From: Bacteroidales bacterium
GTDB lineage: Bacteria; Bacteroidota; Bacteroidia; Bacteroidales; GCA-2711565
Assembly (NCBI GenBank): GCA_963664245.1
Contig: OY760934.1
Coordinates: 2,498,210 to 2,562,209, forward strand
Length of the DNA: 64,000 nucleotides
Direction of reading: 5' to 3'
This document shows positions 30,367 to 41,298 of this stretch, one piece after another. Below the pieces are notes generated by a model. It worked only from the letters and a program-made list of their open reading frames with translations. It had not been told where the DNA came from and ran no database searches. Both the position numbers and the translations under genes were made by a program. How positions within the stretch are numbered: position 1 is the first letter of the stretch; each line of letters opens with the position of its first letter.

Positions 30367-33186
30367 ATGAAAATTAGAACCAGATTTTTCAATTTTATGG
30401 TATTAATGCTACTGTCAACAGTAGTATTAGCTCAGCAATCGGAATTTTTTAAGAAACCGGTTCCCATCGATCCCACCGTTAAATACGGTAAGCTTGAAAA
30501 CGGCATGACTTATTACATCAAGCATAATCAAGAACCTAAAGAACGTGCCAGTTTCTACATTATTCAAAATGTAGGGGCTATTTTGGAAGAAGACGACCAA
30601 AATGGCTTGGCTCACTTTTTAGAGCACATGGCTTTTAACGGGACCAAACACTTTCCTAAAAAAGGGCTTTTTACTTTGTTGGAAAAATACGGTATTGAGT
30701 TTGGACGGAACATTAATGCTTATACCAGTAATGACGAGACCGTCTATAATTTGTCCGACATTCCGGCAACGAATGAATCTTTAATGGACTCTTGCTTGCT
30801 GATCTTACACGATTGGTCAAATTATTTATCGCTCGAAGCCGAAGAAATTGATAACGAAAGAGGCGTGATAAAAGAAGAATGGAGAACGCGCCGCAGTGCA
30901 AATTTCAGAATGGATATTGCCTTACGCCCAATGAAATACAAAGGTTCAAAATATGCGGTAAGAGATGTGATTGGCGATATTAATGTAATTGAGAATTTTG
31001 ATTACGATGTTATTCGCCGTTTTTATCACGACTGGTATCGTACCGATTTACAGGCCATCGCTATTATTGGCGATTTTGACGCGGATAAAATGGAACAAAA
31101 AGTTATCGAATTATTCTCTAAAATTCCGGCGGTAGAAAATCCCAAAGAAAGGGTATACTTTGATGTTCCTGACAATAAAGAACCAATCATTGCTATGGCA
31201 ACTGACCCCGAAGCTCAAACTTCAATGATGTGGTTGTATTATAAACATGATGAAGTAAAAAACGACGATAAAAATATTGGCTATTTACGCTATAATCTTA
31301 TTAAAGAATTATATGCCCAAATGATCAATCAACGTTTTGATGAAATTGTTCAAAAGGGGACTCCTCCATTTATTGTTGCACAGTCATTCTATGGTAGTTA
31401 TACGGATACCAAGGATGCTTACACAACAATTTCAATAGCAAAAAACAATGGGTTGGGGCAAGCTATGGAAAGCGTTTTAATTGAACAAGAGCGATTAAAA
31501 AGGTACGGGTTTACCCAAGGCGAACTGGAACGGGCAAAAACCAATATTTTAAGAGCTCTCGAAAGCCAATATGCCGAAAAAGATAAAAAAAACAACGATG
31601 ATTATGCCGCCGAATTTGTAGATCATTACCGCCAAAATGAACCTATCCCTGGTGTTGAGGCCGAATATCAATTTGCAAAAGCAATGATGCCAAACATTAC
31701 TTTGGAAGAACTAAATATGCTTCCTTCAAAATGGATCACCAAAGAAAATATGGTGCTTACTTTTCAGGGGCCCGAAAAGGAAGGAATTACTTACCCGACA
31801 AAAGAAGAAGCTTTGGCCCTGATTCAAAAAGTAGAAAATATGGAGATTGAACCCTATGAAGACACTGCTGCGGATCAACCGTTGTTTGCCGAAGAACTTG
31901 AGGGTTCTAAAATTATTTCTGAGAAAAAACTACCTGTTTTTGATGCTGTGGAGTGGACCTTGGCGAATGGAGTCAAAGTGGTACTCAAGAAAACCGATTT
32001 TAAAGAAGATGAAATTGTTTTTACTGCTTACAGTTTGGGCGGAAGCTCTTTGTATAGTGTTGAAGACTTCGCATCTGCCGGATTTATTCCAGCCATTATG
32101 GGAATGTATGGTGTTGGCGATTTTGATAACATTACTTTACAAAAAATGCTGTCCGGGAAAATTGTTGATTTAAACCATTTCCTGACCGAACAAACAGAAG
32201 GTTTCCAAGGCAATGTTTCTCCAAAAGATTTTGAAACCCTGATGCAATTAATTTATTTGTATTTCGAAAAACCGCGTTTTGACAAAGAAGCAAATGATGC
32301 ATTTATCTCAAGAATTGGTTCGTTTTTAGAAAACCGGGGTAAAGATCCAAACAATGTCATCCAGGATTCTGTGGCAATGATTACCACCTGCTACAATCCT
32401 CGCACAAAAATACTTAACAAAGAATTTTTGGAAGAAGTGGATTTTGAAAAAATAAAAAAGGTTTATAAAGAACGCTACGCCGATGCCAGTGATTTTACCT
32501 TTATTTTCTCCGGAAACATTGATATCGAAAAAGCAAAACCATTGATTGAAAAATACATTGGTTCTTTAACCGATATCGACAGGGAAGAAAACTGGGTAAA
32601 CCATCATATTGAACATCCCAAAGGCTTCACTCAAAAAACCATTAAAATGCCTTTGGAAACACCTAAATCTACAGTATACATAAATTATAATTCGGATTTG
32701 GATTACACTTACAAGAACAAGATTATTGTAAATATGTTAAACTATTTGTTTGACATCGTTTACACCGAGAAAATCCGGGAAGAAGAAGGCGGAACTTATG
32801 GCGTTAGAATTGGTGGCAACCTAAGCCATTACCCAGACGAAGAGTATAATTTAGCGTTGTTCTTTGATTGTGATCCGGCTAAAGCCGATCATCTAACAAG
32901 CATAATTTACGCCCAAATGGAAGAAATGGCTAAGAATGGTGTTGATGATGAAAAAATGGAAAAAGTACGGGAGAATTTACTTAAAGTGCGTGAAGAAAAC
33001 TTACGTAAAAACAAGTTTTGGTTGAACGCAATTCGTGCTTATTACTATGATAAACAAGATGTTGTTAGTGAAGAAAATTACAACGAAATTGTAAAATCGA
33101 TCACTTCAAAAGACATTGAAAAATTTGTAAAAAAAGTATTACTTAAAGCCGATAAAGTAGAGGTTATTTTAAGGCCACAAGAATAA
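30367..33186 (+). CDS. M16 zinc peptidase (PqqL-like, exported)
   Basis: GLAHFLEHMAFNGT (HxxEH), NAYTSNDETVY, ERGVIKEEWR, IREEEGGTY. Confidence 0.95.
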   Translation: MKIRTRFFNFMVLMLLSTVVLAQQSEFFKKPVPIDPTVKYGKLENGMTYYIKHNQEPKERASFYIIQNVGAILEEDDQNGLAHFLEHMAFNGTKHFPKKGLFTLLEKYGIEFGRNINAYTSNDETVYNLSDIPATNESLMDSCLLILHDWSNYLSLEAEEIDNERGVIKEEWRTRRSANFRMDIALRPMKYKGSKYAVRDVIGDINVIENFDYDVIRRFYHDWYRTDLQAIAIIGDFDADKMEQKVIELFSKIPAVENPKERVYFDVPDNKEPIIAMATDPEAQTSMMWLYYKHDEVKNDDKNIGYLRYNLIKELYAQMINQRFDEIVQKGTPPFIVAQSFYGSYTDTKDAYTTISIAKNNGLGQAMESVLIEQERLKRYGFTQGELERAKTNILRALESQYAEKDKKNNDDYAAEFVDHYRQNEPIPGVEAEYQFAKAMMPNITLEELNMLPSKWITKENMVLTFQGPEKEGITYPTKEEALALIQKVENMEIEPYEDTAADQPLFAEELEGSKIISEKKLPVFDAVEWTLANGVKVVLKKTDFKEDEIVFTAYSLGGSSLYSVEDFASAGFIPAIMGMYGVGDFDNITLQKMLSGKIVDLNHFLTEQTEGFQGNVSPKDFETLMQLIYLYFEKPRFDKEANDAFISRIGSFLENRGKDPNNVIQDSVAMITTCYNPRTKILNKEFLEEVDFEKIKKVYKERYADASDFTFIFSGNIDIEKAKPLIEKYIGSLTDIDREENWVNHHIEHPKGFTQKTIKMPLETPKSTVYINYNSDLDYTYKNKIIVNMLNYLFDIVYTEKIREEEGGTYGVRIGGNLSHYPDEEYNLALFFDCDPAKADHLTSIIYAQMEEMAKNGVDDEKMEKVRENLLKVREENLRKNKFWLNAIRAYYYDKQDVVSEENYNEIVKSITSKDIEKFVKKVLLKADKVEVILRPQE

Positions 33187-33208
33187 AAATAGGTCTCAAG
33201 ATTTAGTT

Positions 33209-33240
33209 AAAAGGTGCTTGATTCTCAGGCACCTTTTTTT
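33209..33240 (+). terminator. Rho-independent terminator
   Basis: AAAAGGTGCTTG-ATTCT-CAGGCACCTTTTTTT. Confidence 0.75.
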
Positions 33241-33339
33241 GTTAAACTTTTAGCAGATAACATTTTGTTGAGAAATTGCGGCTTTCTTCAAAAGTTTTCT
33301 TTTACTTTGCAAAACTTTTTGTCAACCAATTAAAACATC

Positions 33340-34155
33340 ATGGCGAAAAAAAAAGTTTATTCTAAAATTACCACCCATGTCCTTCTGGAAATGAAACAGG
33401 AGGGGAAAAAAATTGCAATGTTAACGGCTTACGATTACACCATGGCTGGTTTGCTCGACGAAGCAGGCATTGATGTAATTTTGGTTGGCGATTCGGCCTC
33501 TAACGTAATGGCAGGTCACAAAACAACCGTTCCAATTACCATTAACGAAATGATTTATCATGCCGCTTCTGTAATGCGTGCAGTTAACCGTGCGCTGGTT
33601 GTGGTTGATCTTCCTTTTGGAACTTATCAGGGCGATTCGTTGGAAGCTCTTCATTCGGCCATCCGGATTATGAAAGAATCAGGAGCAAATGCCGTGAAAA
33701 TGGAAGGTGGAAAAGAAATCGTTCAATCGGTAAAACGAATTTTATCGGCCGGAATTCCTGTACTTGGGCATTTGGGTTTAACGCCACAATCCATCAATAA
33801 ATTTGGGACTTATGTTGTTCGTGCTACCGAAGAAGACGAAGCCCAAAAATTAATCGAGGATGCCCGCATTCTGGAAGAAGCCGGTTGCTTTGGAATTGTT
33901 CTTGAAAAAATCCCGGCCAAGTTGGCTGCACAGGTAACTTCCGAATTAAAAATCCCGACCATTGGTATTGGAGCCGGCAGCGGAACCGATGGCCAGGTTT
34001 TGGTGCTGCATGATATGCTGGGATTGACCCAAAAATTTTCGCCACGTTTTCTTCGCCGATATAATAATTTAAGCGAAGAAATCAAAGGATCGGTTCAGGC
34101 CTACATCAATGATGTAAAATCAGTTGATTTCCCAAACGAACGTGAGCAATACTAA
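33340..34155 (+). CDS. panB: 3-methyl-2-oxobutanoate hydroxymethyltransferase
   Basis: [46 protein letters not shown]. Confidence 0.97.
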   Translation: MAKKKVYSKITTHVLLEMKQEGKKIAMLTAYDYTMAGLLDEAGIDVILVGDSASNVMAGHKTTVPITINEMIYHAASVMRAVNRALVVVDLPFGTYQGDSLEALHSAIRIMKESGANAVKMEGGKEIVQSVKRILSAGIPVLGHLGLTPQSINKFGTYVVRATEEDEAQKLIEDARILEEAGCFGIVLEKIPAKLAAQVTSELKIPTIGIGAGSGTDGQVLVLHDMLGLTQKFSPRFLRRYNNLSEEIKGSVQAYINDVKSVDFPNEREQY

Positions 34156-34849
34156 ACATCTTCCTGTAAAAAACCGTGTTCTTTTTGAAGATAATCATTT
34201 GATTGTCGTCAATAAATTGCCTTCTGAAATTGTACAAGGCGACAAAACCGGCGATGAAACCCTGCTGGATGAGGTAAAGCAATACATTAAGGTAAAATAC
34301 AATAAGCCGGGAGATGTTTTCCTGGGTCTGGTTCATCGCATCGACCGTCCGGTTAGCGGAGCCGTTATTTTTGCCCGTACCTCCAAGGCTTTGGCTCGTA
34401 TGAATGAGCAAATAAAGAACCGCGAAATTCGAAAAATTTATTGGGCCATTGTGAAAGAACGTCCCAAACAAACCGAAGCCAAACTTACGCATTGGCTCAT
34501 CAAGAATCCTAAAAACAATAAATCAACGGCTTTTGATACGGAAAAGCAAGGAACAAAGAAAGGCGAACTTTCTTACAAATTAATCGATCAAAGCAAGGAT
34601 TTTTATTTGCTGGAAGTTGAACTGCACACGGGTCGCCATCATCAAATCCGTGCCCAGTTAGCTAAAATTGGCTGTGTTATTAAAGGAGATTTAAAATACG
34701 GGGCCGGTCGTTCTAATAAAGATGCTTCCATTAGCTTGCATGCCCGCAAACTGATTTTCACTCACCCGGTAACCAAAAAAGAACACTCCATTATTGCCAA
34801 ACCACCCAAAGATAATTTGTGGGATTATTTTCTTAAGAACCAGAAGTAA
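34124..34849 (+). CDS. RluA-family pseudouridine synthase (likely start GTG 34142)
   Basis: [10 protein letters not shown] catalytic motif, [23 protein letters not shown]. Confidence 0.93.
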   Translation: MISQTNVSNTKHLPVKNRVLFEDNHLIVVNKLPSEIVQGDKTGDETLLDEVKQYIKVKYNKPGDVFLGLVHRIDRPVSGAVIFARTSKALARMNEQIKNREIRKIYWAIVKERPKQTEAKLTHWLIKNPKNNKSTAFDTEKQGTKKGELSYKLIDQSKDFYLLEVELHTGRHHQIRAQLAKIGCVIKGDLKYGAGRSNKDASISLHARKLIFTHPVTKKEHSIIAKPPKDNLWDYFLKNQK

Positions 34850-34954
34850 TAAAAAACACAGATAACACTGATATTACGGATTGGACCGATAGGATCCGTG
34901 AATATCTGTTAAATCCCCGTCATCCGTGTTCCAATAAAAATTAACTTTGGAGTT

Positions 34955-37804
34955 ATGGAAAGACTTCGAATTACTATAAGCATTATCTTCTTATTTCTTA
35001 TAGGAAATATATACTCCCAAATCTTTTTATCCGGCGAAGAACCCGCCAAAATCAAATGGCAACAAATTAACACTGATAATTTCCAGATTGTTTTTCCCGA
35101 GGGTTTCGAAAAGCAGGCCCAATACATGGCCAATGCGTTGGCACAGGCTTACGAATACGGGCGAATTACCCTTAAATCAAAACCCCGAAAGATAAGTGTT
35201 TTATTGCACAACCAAAGCGTTATTTCAAACGGAAATGCCGCCTGGGCTCCGGCCAGGATAAACGCTTACACCTTGCCTTCCCAGGATTCGTATGCCGAAA
35301 ACTGGTTGAAACAACTGGCGGTGCATGAGTTCAGGCATGTTGTTCAGATTGAACGTATGAACACTGGCCTGACAAAAATCTTTGGCCTTTTATTTGGTCA
35401 GGGGGCAGCCGTAGCCATGACCGGAATTTATTTGCCCTGGTGGTTTATTGAGGGAGATGCAGTGGTAACGGAAACCGTTTTGGGAAATTCAGGCCGCGGG
35501 CGGCTTGCTTCATTTGAGATGCCGGTAAAGGCTCAGTTGCTCGAAAAAGGAATTTATTCTTATGAGAAAGCAACCCACGGTTCTTTTCGAGATTACGCCC
35601 CAAGTTATTATAATTTAGGCTACCAAATGGTGGCCTACGGAAGGGCAAAATACGGGGCAAATATGTGGGATTTGGCGGTAGAAAATGCCGCCCGCAAACC
35701 TTTGTTTCTCACTTCTTTTTCGTCTGGAATTCAAAAGACTACCGGGAAGTCAAAGCGGGAGTTTTACGAAGAATCTATGCAGTTTTTGATTGAGAAATGG
35801 CGCAAAATTTATGAGCAAACAAAAACCAGTAATTTCTTGACACTTACAAAAGAAACTAATAATTACACCAATTATTTGAACCCTGTGTTTGTTTCGGAGG
35901 AAGAATTTTATGCCTTTAAAACCGGCATGGATGAGCTTACCACGATCGTTAAAATTGACAAAAACGGGAATGAAAAAGTGGTGCTAACCCCCGGCTCATC
36001 CTACCTTGAATCCTTGTCGGCTGGAGGGGTTTTTTTGTGTTGGGCGGAGGTTGAACCAGATGTTCGCTGGAGCAACCGCAGTTTTTCGGTCATTAAACTG
36101 TTTAACCTCCAAACCCATAAAAAAATAACACTCACAACAAAAAGCCGGTATTTTTCGCCCCAGATTAATCGCAACGGAACTAAAATTCTTGCGATAGAAG
36201 TCACTCCAGACAATAATTTCTTTATTATTATTTTAAATGTTACAGATGGAACTGTTGTAAAACGTATTCAATTTGATGATGGCGCATTTATGATGAATCC
36301 CGCCTGGTCGGACGACGAAACAAAAATTGTGATGACGGTTCTGACCGAAAAAGGGAAAAACATCCGCTTGATGAATCTGGAAAACGGGAAATCAGAAGAT
36401 GTGCTGGAATTTTCTTTTGCCGAAATTTCTAAACCCAGACTGATTACCAACCGTGTTTATTTTGTTGCCGATTACTCGGGAATTGACAACCTATACGCAA
36501 AAGATTTAACTTCTGGGCAAATCACCCAGGTTTCTTCGGTGAAATTTGGGCTCGGCAATTATGCATTTAATCCGTCTAAAAACAGGCTGGTGTTTTCCAA
36601 TTATTCTTCCGATGGTTTTGCACTGGCGGTTCAGGCCGTGGATAAATCAAAAGAGATTTCGTTGGAACACATTCAAATCAACAAATTTTCATTTATTGAA
36701 GAGATTAAAGCCCAGGAAAAAGGCATGGTAGAAATTGATCCGGCAAACATGAAAAATTATCCGGTAGCAAAATATAAAAAATCGAATAAGCTTTTTAATT
36801 TTCATTCGTGGGCACCAGTGTCAATCGATTTTGACGATTATTCGGTGCAACCCGGATTTATGATGATGTCGCAAAATTTGTTGAGCACAGCCATCACAAC
36901 TTTAGGTTACCAATACGACATGGATGAAAAATGGGGCAAATATTTTGTAGATTTCACCTACCGAGGATGGTACCCAATCGTTGATTTAAAGGTGGAGTTT
37001 GAACCCCGGAGAGATTACATCCGTTATTACGATTCGGCTGGAAGATATGTAGAAACAAGGATATTTGAAGTAGATCAATTGGAAACGAGCCTGGGTGCGA
37101 GCCTTCCCCTTAATTTTTCCAGGAATGCAACCATTAGTGGGATGACTCCTTTTGTGAGTTTTTCCAATGTAAGCCAGTTTTATCCGGCGGGATATCCCGA
37201 AAGTTTAAGCGAAAATAATTACCAGAAACTTTCAGCAGGCTTTAATATTTATCATTACCGGAAATCGTCTGTGCGCGATTTATACCCCAAATGGGGAGCA
37301 ATTGGCAGGTTCAGGTACGTTAATTCTTCTTTCACGAATCTCCGAAAAAGTGACATGCTTTGTATGGAAGGAATTTTTTATGTTCCAGGACTGGCAAAGC
37401 ATCATGGTATTCGGGTGTACGGGGGAGCACAGCTGCGAACCGTTGGTACGTATAATTCAGACAATGTGATTTCCTTTATCAGGGGAATGTCTCGCCCCGG
37501 ATTGCGAGATCTTTACCGTTTCTCGGCCGATTATAAATTCCCGCTTTGGTATCCCGATATCGACATGGGGTCGGTTGTATATTTGAAGCGGCTAACCATG
37601 AGCCTGTTTTATGATTATGCGTATGGCATGAGTTCGAACGCCGAAAGTTATTATTATTCGCTTGGCACACAGTTAAATGTTCAAACTCATTTATTGAGTT
37701 TTATGGCTCCGGTAAACTGGGGTTTGCGCTATGTTTACATACCCGATTTAAAAGATTATAGTTTTAATGTATTCTTTTCAATTGATTTTAATGTTCTTTA
37801 TTAG
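34955..37804 (+). CDS. Outer-membrane protein with HExxH metallopeptidase-like N-domain, TolB-like propeller and C-terminal beta-barrel-like region
   Basis: VHEFRH...WWFIEGDA; NPAWSDDE-type repeats; alternating aromatic strands ending FSIDFNVLY. Confidence 0.65.
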   Translation: MERLRITISIIFLFLIGNIYSQIFLSGEEPAKIKWQQINTDNFQIVFPEGFEKQAQYMANALAQAYEYGRITLKSKPRKISVLLHNQSVISNGNAAWAPARINAYTLPSQDSYAENWLKQLAVHEFRHVVQIERMNTGLTKIFGLLFGQGAAVAMTGIYLPWWFIEGDAVVTETVLGNSGRGRLASFEMPVKAQLLEKGIYSYEKATHGSFRDYAPSYYNLGYQMVAYGRAKYGANMWDLAVENAARKPLFLTSFSSGIQKTTGKSKREFYEESMQFLIEKWRKIYEQTKTSNFLTLTKETNNYTNYLNPVFVSEEEFYAFKTGMDELTTIVKIDKNGNEKVVLTPGSSYLESLSAGGVFLCWAEVEPDVRWSNRSFSVIKLFNLQTHKKITLTTKSRYFSPQINRNGTKILAIEVTPDNNFFIIILNVTDGTVVKRIQFDDGAFMMNPAWSDDETKIVMTVLTEKGKNIRLMNLENGKSEDVLEFSFAEISKPRLITNRVYFVADYSGIDNLYAKDLTSGQITQVSSVKFGLGNYAFNPSKNRLVFSNYSSDGFALAVQAVDKSKEISLEHIQINKFSFIEEIKAQEKGMVEIDPANMKNYPVAKYKKSNKLFNFHSWAPVSIDFDDYSVQPGFMMMSQNLLSTAITTLGYQYDMDEKWGKYFVDFTYRGWYPIVDLKVEFEPRRDYIRYYDSAGRYVETRIFEVDQLETSLGASLPLNFSRNATISGMTPFVSFSNVSQFYPAGYPESLSENNYQKLSAGFNIYHYRKSSVRDLYPKWGAIGRFRYVNSSFTNLRKSDMLCMEGIFYVPGLAKHHGIRVYGGAQLRTVGTYNSDNVISFIRGMSRPGLRDLYRFSADYKFPLWYPDIDMGSVVYLKRLTMSLFYDYAYGMSSNAESYYYSLGTQLNVQTHLLSFMAPVNWGLRYVYIPDLKDYSFNVFFSIDFNVLY

Positions 37805-37833
37805 AAATTGTATTTTTATAAAAATTTTGAAAA

Positions 37834-38295
37834 ATGAAAAGCAGAGTATTGGATCATAAACCCGAATTGGAAAAAATAATCAACCGTTGCGAAGTTTGCC
37901 ATGTAGCCATGGTAGATAAGGAAAACAAACCCTATGTGTTGCCCTTTAATTTTGGGTATAAGGATGGCGAAATTATTCTGCACTCGGCTCAGCAGGGGAA
38001 GAAAATAGATATTCTAAAAAACAACAACAATGTTTGCGTGGCTTTTAGCACCGATTACGAAATACGCTATCGCGACGAACACGTGGCCTGCAGTTACAGC
38101 TGGAAATACCGCTCGGTTCTGGCTTATGGCAAAGTAGAGTTCATCACCGATTTTGAGAAAAAAGTGGAAGCCCTGAATGCCGTTATGGCCAATTATACCC
38201 AACGCGATTTTAAATACAATGCTCCCGCTGTAAAGGATGTAAATTGCTGGAAAGTGGTGATTGAAAAACTGGAAGGCCGGGCGTATGGGTATTAA
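37834..38295 (+). CDS. Pyridoxamine 5'-phosphate oxidase-like (NimA-like) flavin-binding protein
   Basis: PYVLPFNFGY, LHSAQQGKKIDIL, YRSVLAYG. Confidence 0.9.
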   Translation: MKSRVLDHKPELEKIINRCEVCHVAMVDKENKPYVLPFNFGYKDGEIILHSAQQGKKIDILKNNNNVCVAFSTDYEIRYRDEHVACSYSWKYRSVLAYGKVEFITDFEKKVEALNAVMANYTQRDFKYNAPAVKDVNCWKVVIEKLEGRAYGY

Positions 38296-38354
38296 GATTT
38301 AGTGATTGTAGATTGAGAGATATTTAATTTGACGATTTGAATAGTTCATTATAA

Positions 38355-38379
38355 AAAGCATGAATTTAATTCATGCTTT
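38355..38379. terminator. Hairpin between convergent genes
   Basis: AAAGCATGAATT-T-AATTCATGCTTT. Confidence 0.6.
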
Positions 38380-38404
38380 GTTTTAATAAATAACCATTAA
38401 ATGT

Positions 38405-38785
38405 CTAAATTATTTCCAATAAGCGGGGGCCAAAAATAATAATTCCGACAATTACCGAAATGATAGCTGCAAAAAGTACGCCTCCGGCAGCGGTATCTTT
38501 GGCTTTTTTGATGTGGGGATGTTTTTCTTCTGTGATTTTATCGGCGAGGGCTTCGATGGAGGAGTTAAAGAATTCAGCCACAAAAACCGTGGAAAAAGTG
38601 AGCAATAAAACTAGCCATTCGGTGGTTGAAATATTAAAATAAAATCCACCTGTTACGGCAAGAACAGCAAAGAACAAATGGATGCGGCTGTTGTGTTCGT
38701 TATGAATCAACAACCAAAATCCGTTAAAAGCATATTTAAAACTTTTAACCCGTTTCTTGATTGAAAATTTGGTGTTCTTTTGCAT
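38405..38785 (-). CDS. dgkA: Diacylglycerol/undecaprenol kinase
   Basis: SFKYAFNG, EFFNSSIE, KAKDTAAGGV. Confidence 0.9.
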   Translation of the reverse strand: MQKNTKFSIKKRVKSFKYAFNGFWLLIHNEHNSRIHLFFAVLAVTGGFYFNISTTEWLVLLLTFSTVFVAEFFNSSIEALADKITEEKHPHIKKAKDTAAGGVLFAAIISVIVGIIIFGPRLLEII

Positions 38786-38787
38786 CT

Positions 38788-39360
38788 TTATTTTTTTGAG
38801 AACCGCAGGTTGATATACAAATATACTTTATAAACCACAATTCCGATGGCACTTCCTAAAAAGGCTCCGCTAATTACATCGCCGGGATAGTGTACTCCCA
38901 GATAAATACGGCTGTAAGCGACAAAACTCGCCCAAAGCATCAGGGCAAGGGTAGCGTGTTTGTAATCTTTGTGTAAAAGCAAACCCATAAACGTTGCAAT
39001 GGCAAATACATTGCTGGCATGCGAAGAAACAAAACCGTATTTGCCGCCTGTATATCCGTTTACCAAATGTACCAGCCCGTCGAGTGCAGGTTCGTGGCTG
39101 GGGCGCAAACGGTGAAAAACATTTTTAAACAAATGAACCGACATTTGATCGCTCAAAATAATTAAAACAGCAATGGCAATCAGCACGTAAAACCCTTTCC
39201 AGCCCAGTTTTTTGAAAACCAGAAAGAGCAGGAAAAAATAAAGCGGGAGCCAAATAAACTTGTCGCTTGCCCAAAGCATTACAATGTCAAAAAAGTTGTT
39301 GTGTAAGCCGTTGAGAGCAAGAAAAATTTGCTGGTCTAATTCTATGAGTTTTTCGATCAT
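38788..39360 (-). CDS. PAP2-family membrane phosphatase
   Basis: KNVFHRLRP, FVSSHASN, SRIYLGVHYPGDV. Confidence 0.93.
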   Translation of the reverse strand: MIEKLIELDQQIFLALNGLHNNFFDIVMLWASDKFIWLPLYFFLLFLVFKKLGWKGFYVLIAIAVLIILSDQMSVHLFKNVFHRLRPSHEPALDGLVHLVNGYTGGKYGFVSSHASNVFAIATFMGLLLHKDYKHATLALMLWASFVAYSRIYLGVHYPGDVISGAFLGSAIGIVVYKVYLYINLRFSKK

Positions 39361-39376
39361 TCTATAATTATGTTTT

Positions 39377-39437
39377 GTCAGGCTGAGCGTAGTCGAAGCC
39401 TGGCAAAAGTCATATTTTGACTACGCTCAATATGACT
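39377..39437. repeat. REP-like inverted pair
   Basis: GTCAGGCTGAGCGTAGTCGAAGCC...TTTTGACTACGCTCAATATGAC; GAGCGTAGTC pairs with GACTACGCTC. Confidence 0.65.
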
Positions 39438-39440
39438 TTA

Positions 39441-40430
39441 TTAGCTGTTCAGTTTTTGCCAAACCCTATCTTTCAACTCCAGAATTCCTTTCCCGGCAAC
39501 GGAAGAAATAAACACCCAATCCACGTTTGGCAGGTCTTTTTTTACTTCTTCCAGCAGCTCATCATCCAACATGTCGCATTTAGTGATGGCCAGCAGGCGT
39601 TCTTTATCTAAAAGCTCCGGGTTAAATTGGCGGAGTTCGTTCAGTAAAACAGAATATTCTTTTCGGATGTCTTCCGTATCAACCGGAATCATAAACAAAA
39701 GCATGGAGTTCCGCTCGATGTGGCGCAGAAAGCGTAAGCCAAGACCTTTCCCTTCGTGGGCTCCTTCAATGATTCCCGGAATATCGGCCATGATAAACGA
39801 ACGGTTATCCCGGTAGGAAACAATGCCAAGATTGGGGCGCAGCGTGGTAAAAGGGTAATCTGCAATTTCGGGTTTTGCTGCCGAAACCACCGAAAGCAAG
39901 GTTGATTTTCCGGCATTAGGGAAACCCACCAGACCAACATCAGCTAAAATTTTTAATTCGAGGATGATCCACTGTTCGATGCCTTCTTCTCCGGGCTGGG
40001 CATACTTGGGCGTTTGATTGGTTGGCGATTTAAAATGATCGTTTCCCAAACCACCCCGTCCGCCTTTGAGCAAAATGATGCTTTGGCCGTCTTCGGTAAC
40101 TTCGCCAATCATTTCGCCGGTTTCGGCATCACGGGCTACCGAACCCAGTGGAACTTCGATGATGACATCCTGTCCGTCGGCTCCGGTACTTCGTTGGCCA
40201 CCGCCTGATCCACCATGTTCGGCTTTGATGTGTTTGGTATAGCGCAGGTGCAGCAGGGTCCACATTTGGGCATTGCCTTTTAAAATGATGTGCCCGCCAC
40301 GGCCACCATCGCCACCATCAGGCCCACCTTTCGGAATAAATTTTTCCCGGCGAAAGTGTGCCGAACCACTGCCGCCGTTTCCCGACTGGCAGAAAATTTT
40401 TACGTAGTCAACAAAGTTTGAATTTCCCAT
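39441..40430 (-). CDS. obgE: GTPase ObgE
   Basis: [44 protein letters not shown]. Confidence 0.98.
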   Translation of the reverse strand: MGNSNFVDYVKIFCQSGNGGSGSAHFRREKFIPKGGPDGGDGGRGGHIILKGNAQMWTLLHLRYTKHIKAEHGGSGGGQRSTGADGQDVIIEVPLGSVARDAETGEMIGEVTEDGQSIILLKGGRGGLGNDHFKSPTNQTPKYAQPGEEGIEQWIILELKILADVGLVGFPNAGKSTLLSVVSAAKPEIADYPFTTLRPNLGIVSYRDNRSFIMADIPGIIEGAHEGKGLGLRFLRHIERNSMLLFMIPVDTEDIRKEYSVLLNELRQFNPELLDKERLLAITKCDMLDDELLEEVKKDLPNVDWVFISSVAGKGILELKDRVWQKLNS

Positions 40431-40978
40431 TATTTGGTCAAAGTAAATATTTCGGGTAGGTTACGGGCCAATCCATCATAATCCAGGCCGTAACCAATGA
40501 TAAAATCGTTCGGGATTTTCATCCCCACATAATCAATTTTATAATCTTTTTTAAATGCATCCGGCTTAAATAAAAGCGTCGCGATTTTTACCTCTTCAGC
40601 TTCCAGGTTTTTTAGCAACGGAATAGTGTGTGCCATGGTAATGCCGGTGTCGATAATGTCTTCTATCACGACCACGGTTCTCCCGGTAAGAACGCGATCC
40701 AACCCAATCAGTTCGCGAACGGTGTTGGTGGTTTGGGTTCCTACGTAAGACGAAAGTTTTACAAAAGAAACCTCGCAGTCGATCTTGATTTTTTTAAACA
40801 GGTCGGAAGCAAACATAAAGGCTCCGTTTAGCACCACCAGAAACAGCGGATTTTTCCCTTTGAGATCAGCATTTATGCGGTTGGCTACTTTTTGTACGGC
40901 CTCATCAATTTGTTTGGCAGAAATGGAACGCTTGAACTTTTTGTCCCACACCTGAACCACGTCATTTATTACTTCCAT
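40430..40978 (-). CDS. hpt: Hypoxanthine phosphoribosyltransferase
   Basis: [30 protein letters not shown]. Confidence 0.95.
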   Translation of the reverse strand: MEVINDVVQVWDKKFKRSISAKQIDEAVQKVANRINADLKGKNPLFLVVLNGAFMFASDLFKKIKIDCEVSFVKLSSYVGTQTTNTVRELIGLDRVLTGRTVVVIEDIIDTGITMAHTIPLLKNLEAEEVKIATLLFKPDAFKKDYKIDYVGMKIPNDFIIGYGLDYDGLARNLPEIFTLTK

Positions 40979-41010
40979 GTGTTTAGTATATAATTAATTT
41001 TTTATGTAAG

Positions 41011-41085
41011 GAACACTGAGCTTGTCGAAGTGTTCCGTTTCAGTCCTTCCTTTTGCTTCAACAAGCTCAGCATTCGCTCAGACTG
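41011..41085. repeat. REP-like element
   Basis: CTGAGCTTGTCGAAG...CTTCAACAAGCTCAG inverted pair. Confidence 0.6.
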
Positions 41086-41190
41086 ATTAAAATAAAAATA
41101 CAAAATTAATCTTTTTAAGGGATTAAACCCGGGGGTTTCTTTTTTACTGATTTTAGGCGTATTTTTGCATCTGAAAGACGAAAAATTTAG

Positions 41191-41272
41191 CGTCATCCTG
41201 AACTTGTTTCAGGATCTCGAATTTTAACTGGGAGAGATTCTGAACAAAACCTTTGGTTTTTTCAGAATGACA
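41191..41272. repeat. REP-like element
   Basis: GTCATCCTGAACTTGTTTCAGGATCT...AGATTCTGAA...TTCAGAATGAC. Confidence 0.65.
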
Positions 41273-41298
41273 GAATTAGTAAAAATAAAAACTAAAAA

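Noticed and set aside
34856-34930. ACGGAT/ATCCGT inverted motifs between rluA and the outer-membrane protein gene
   Set aside because: A degenerate intergenic repeat with a single occurrence here; no function can be supported.
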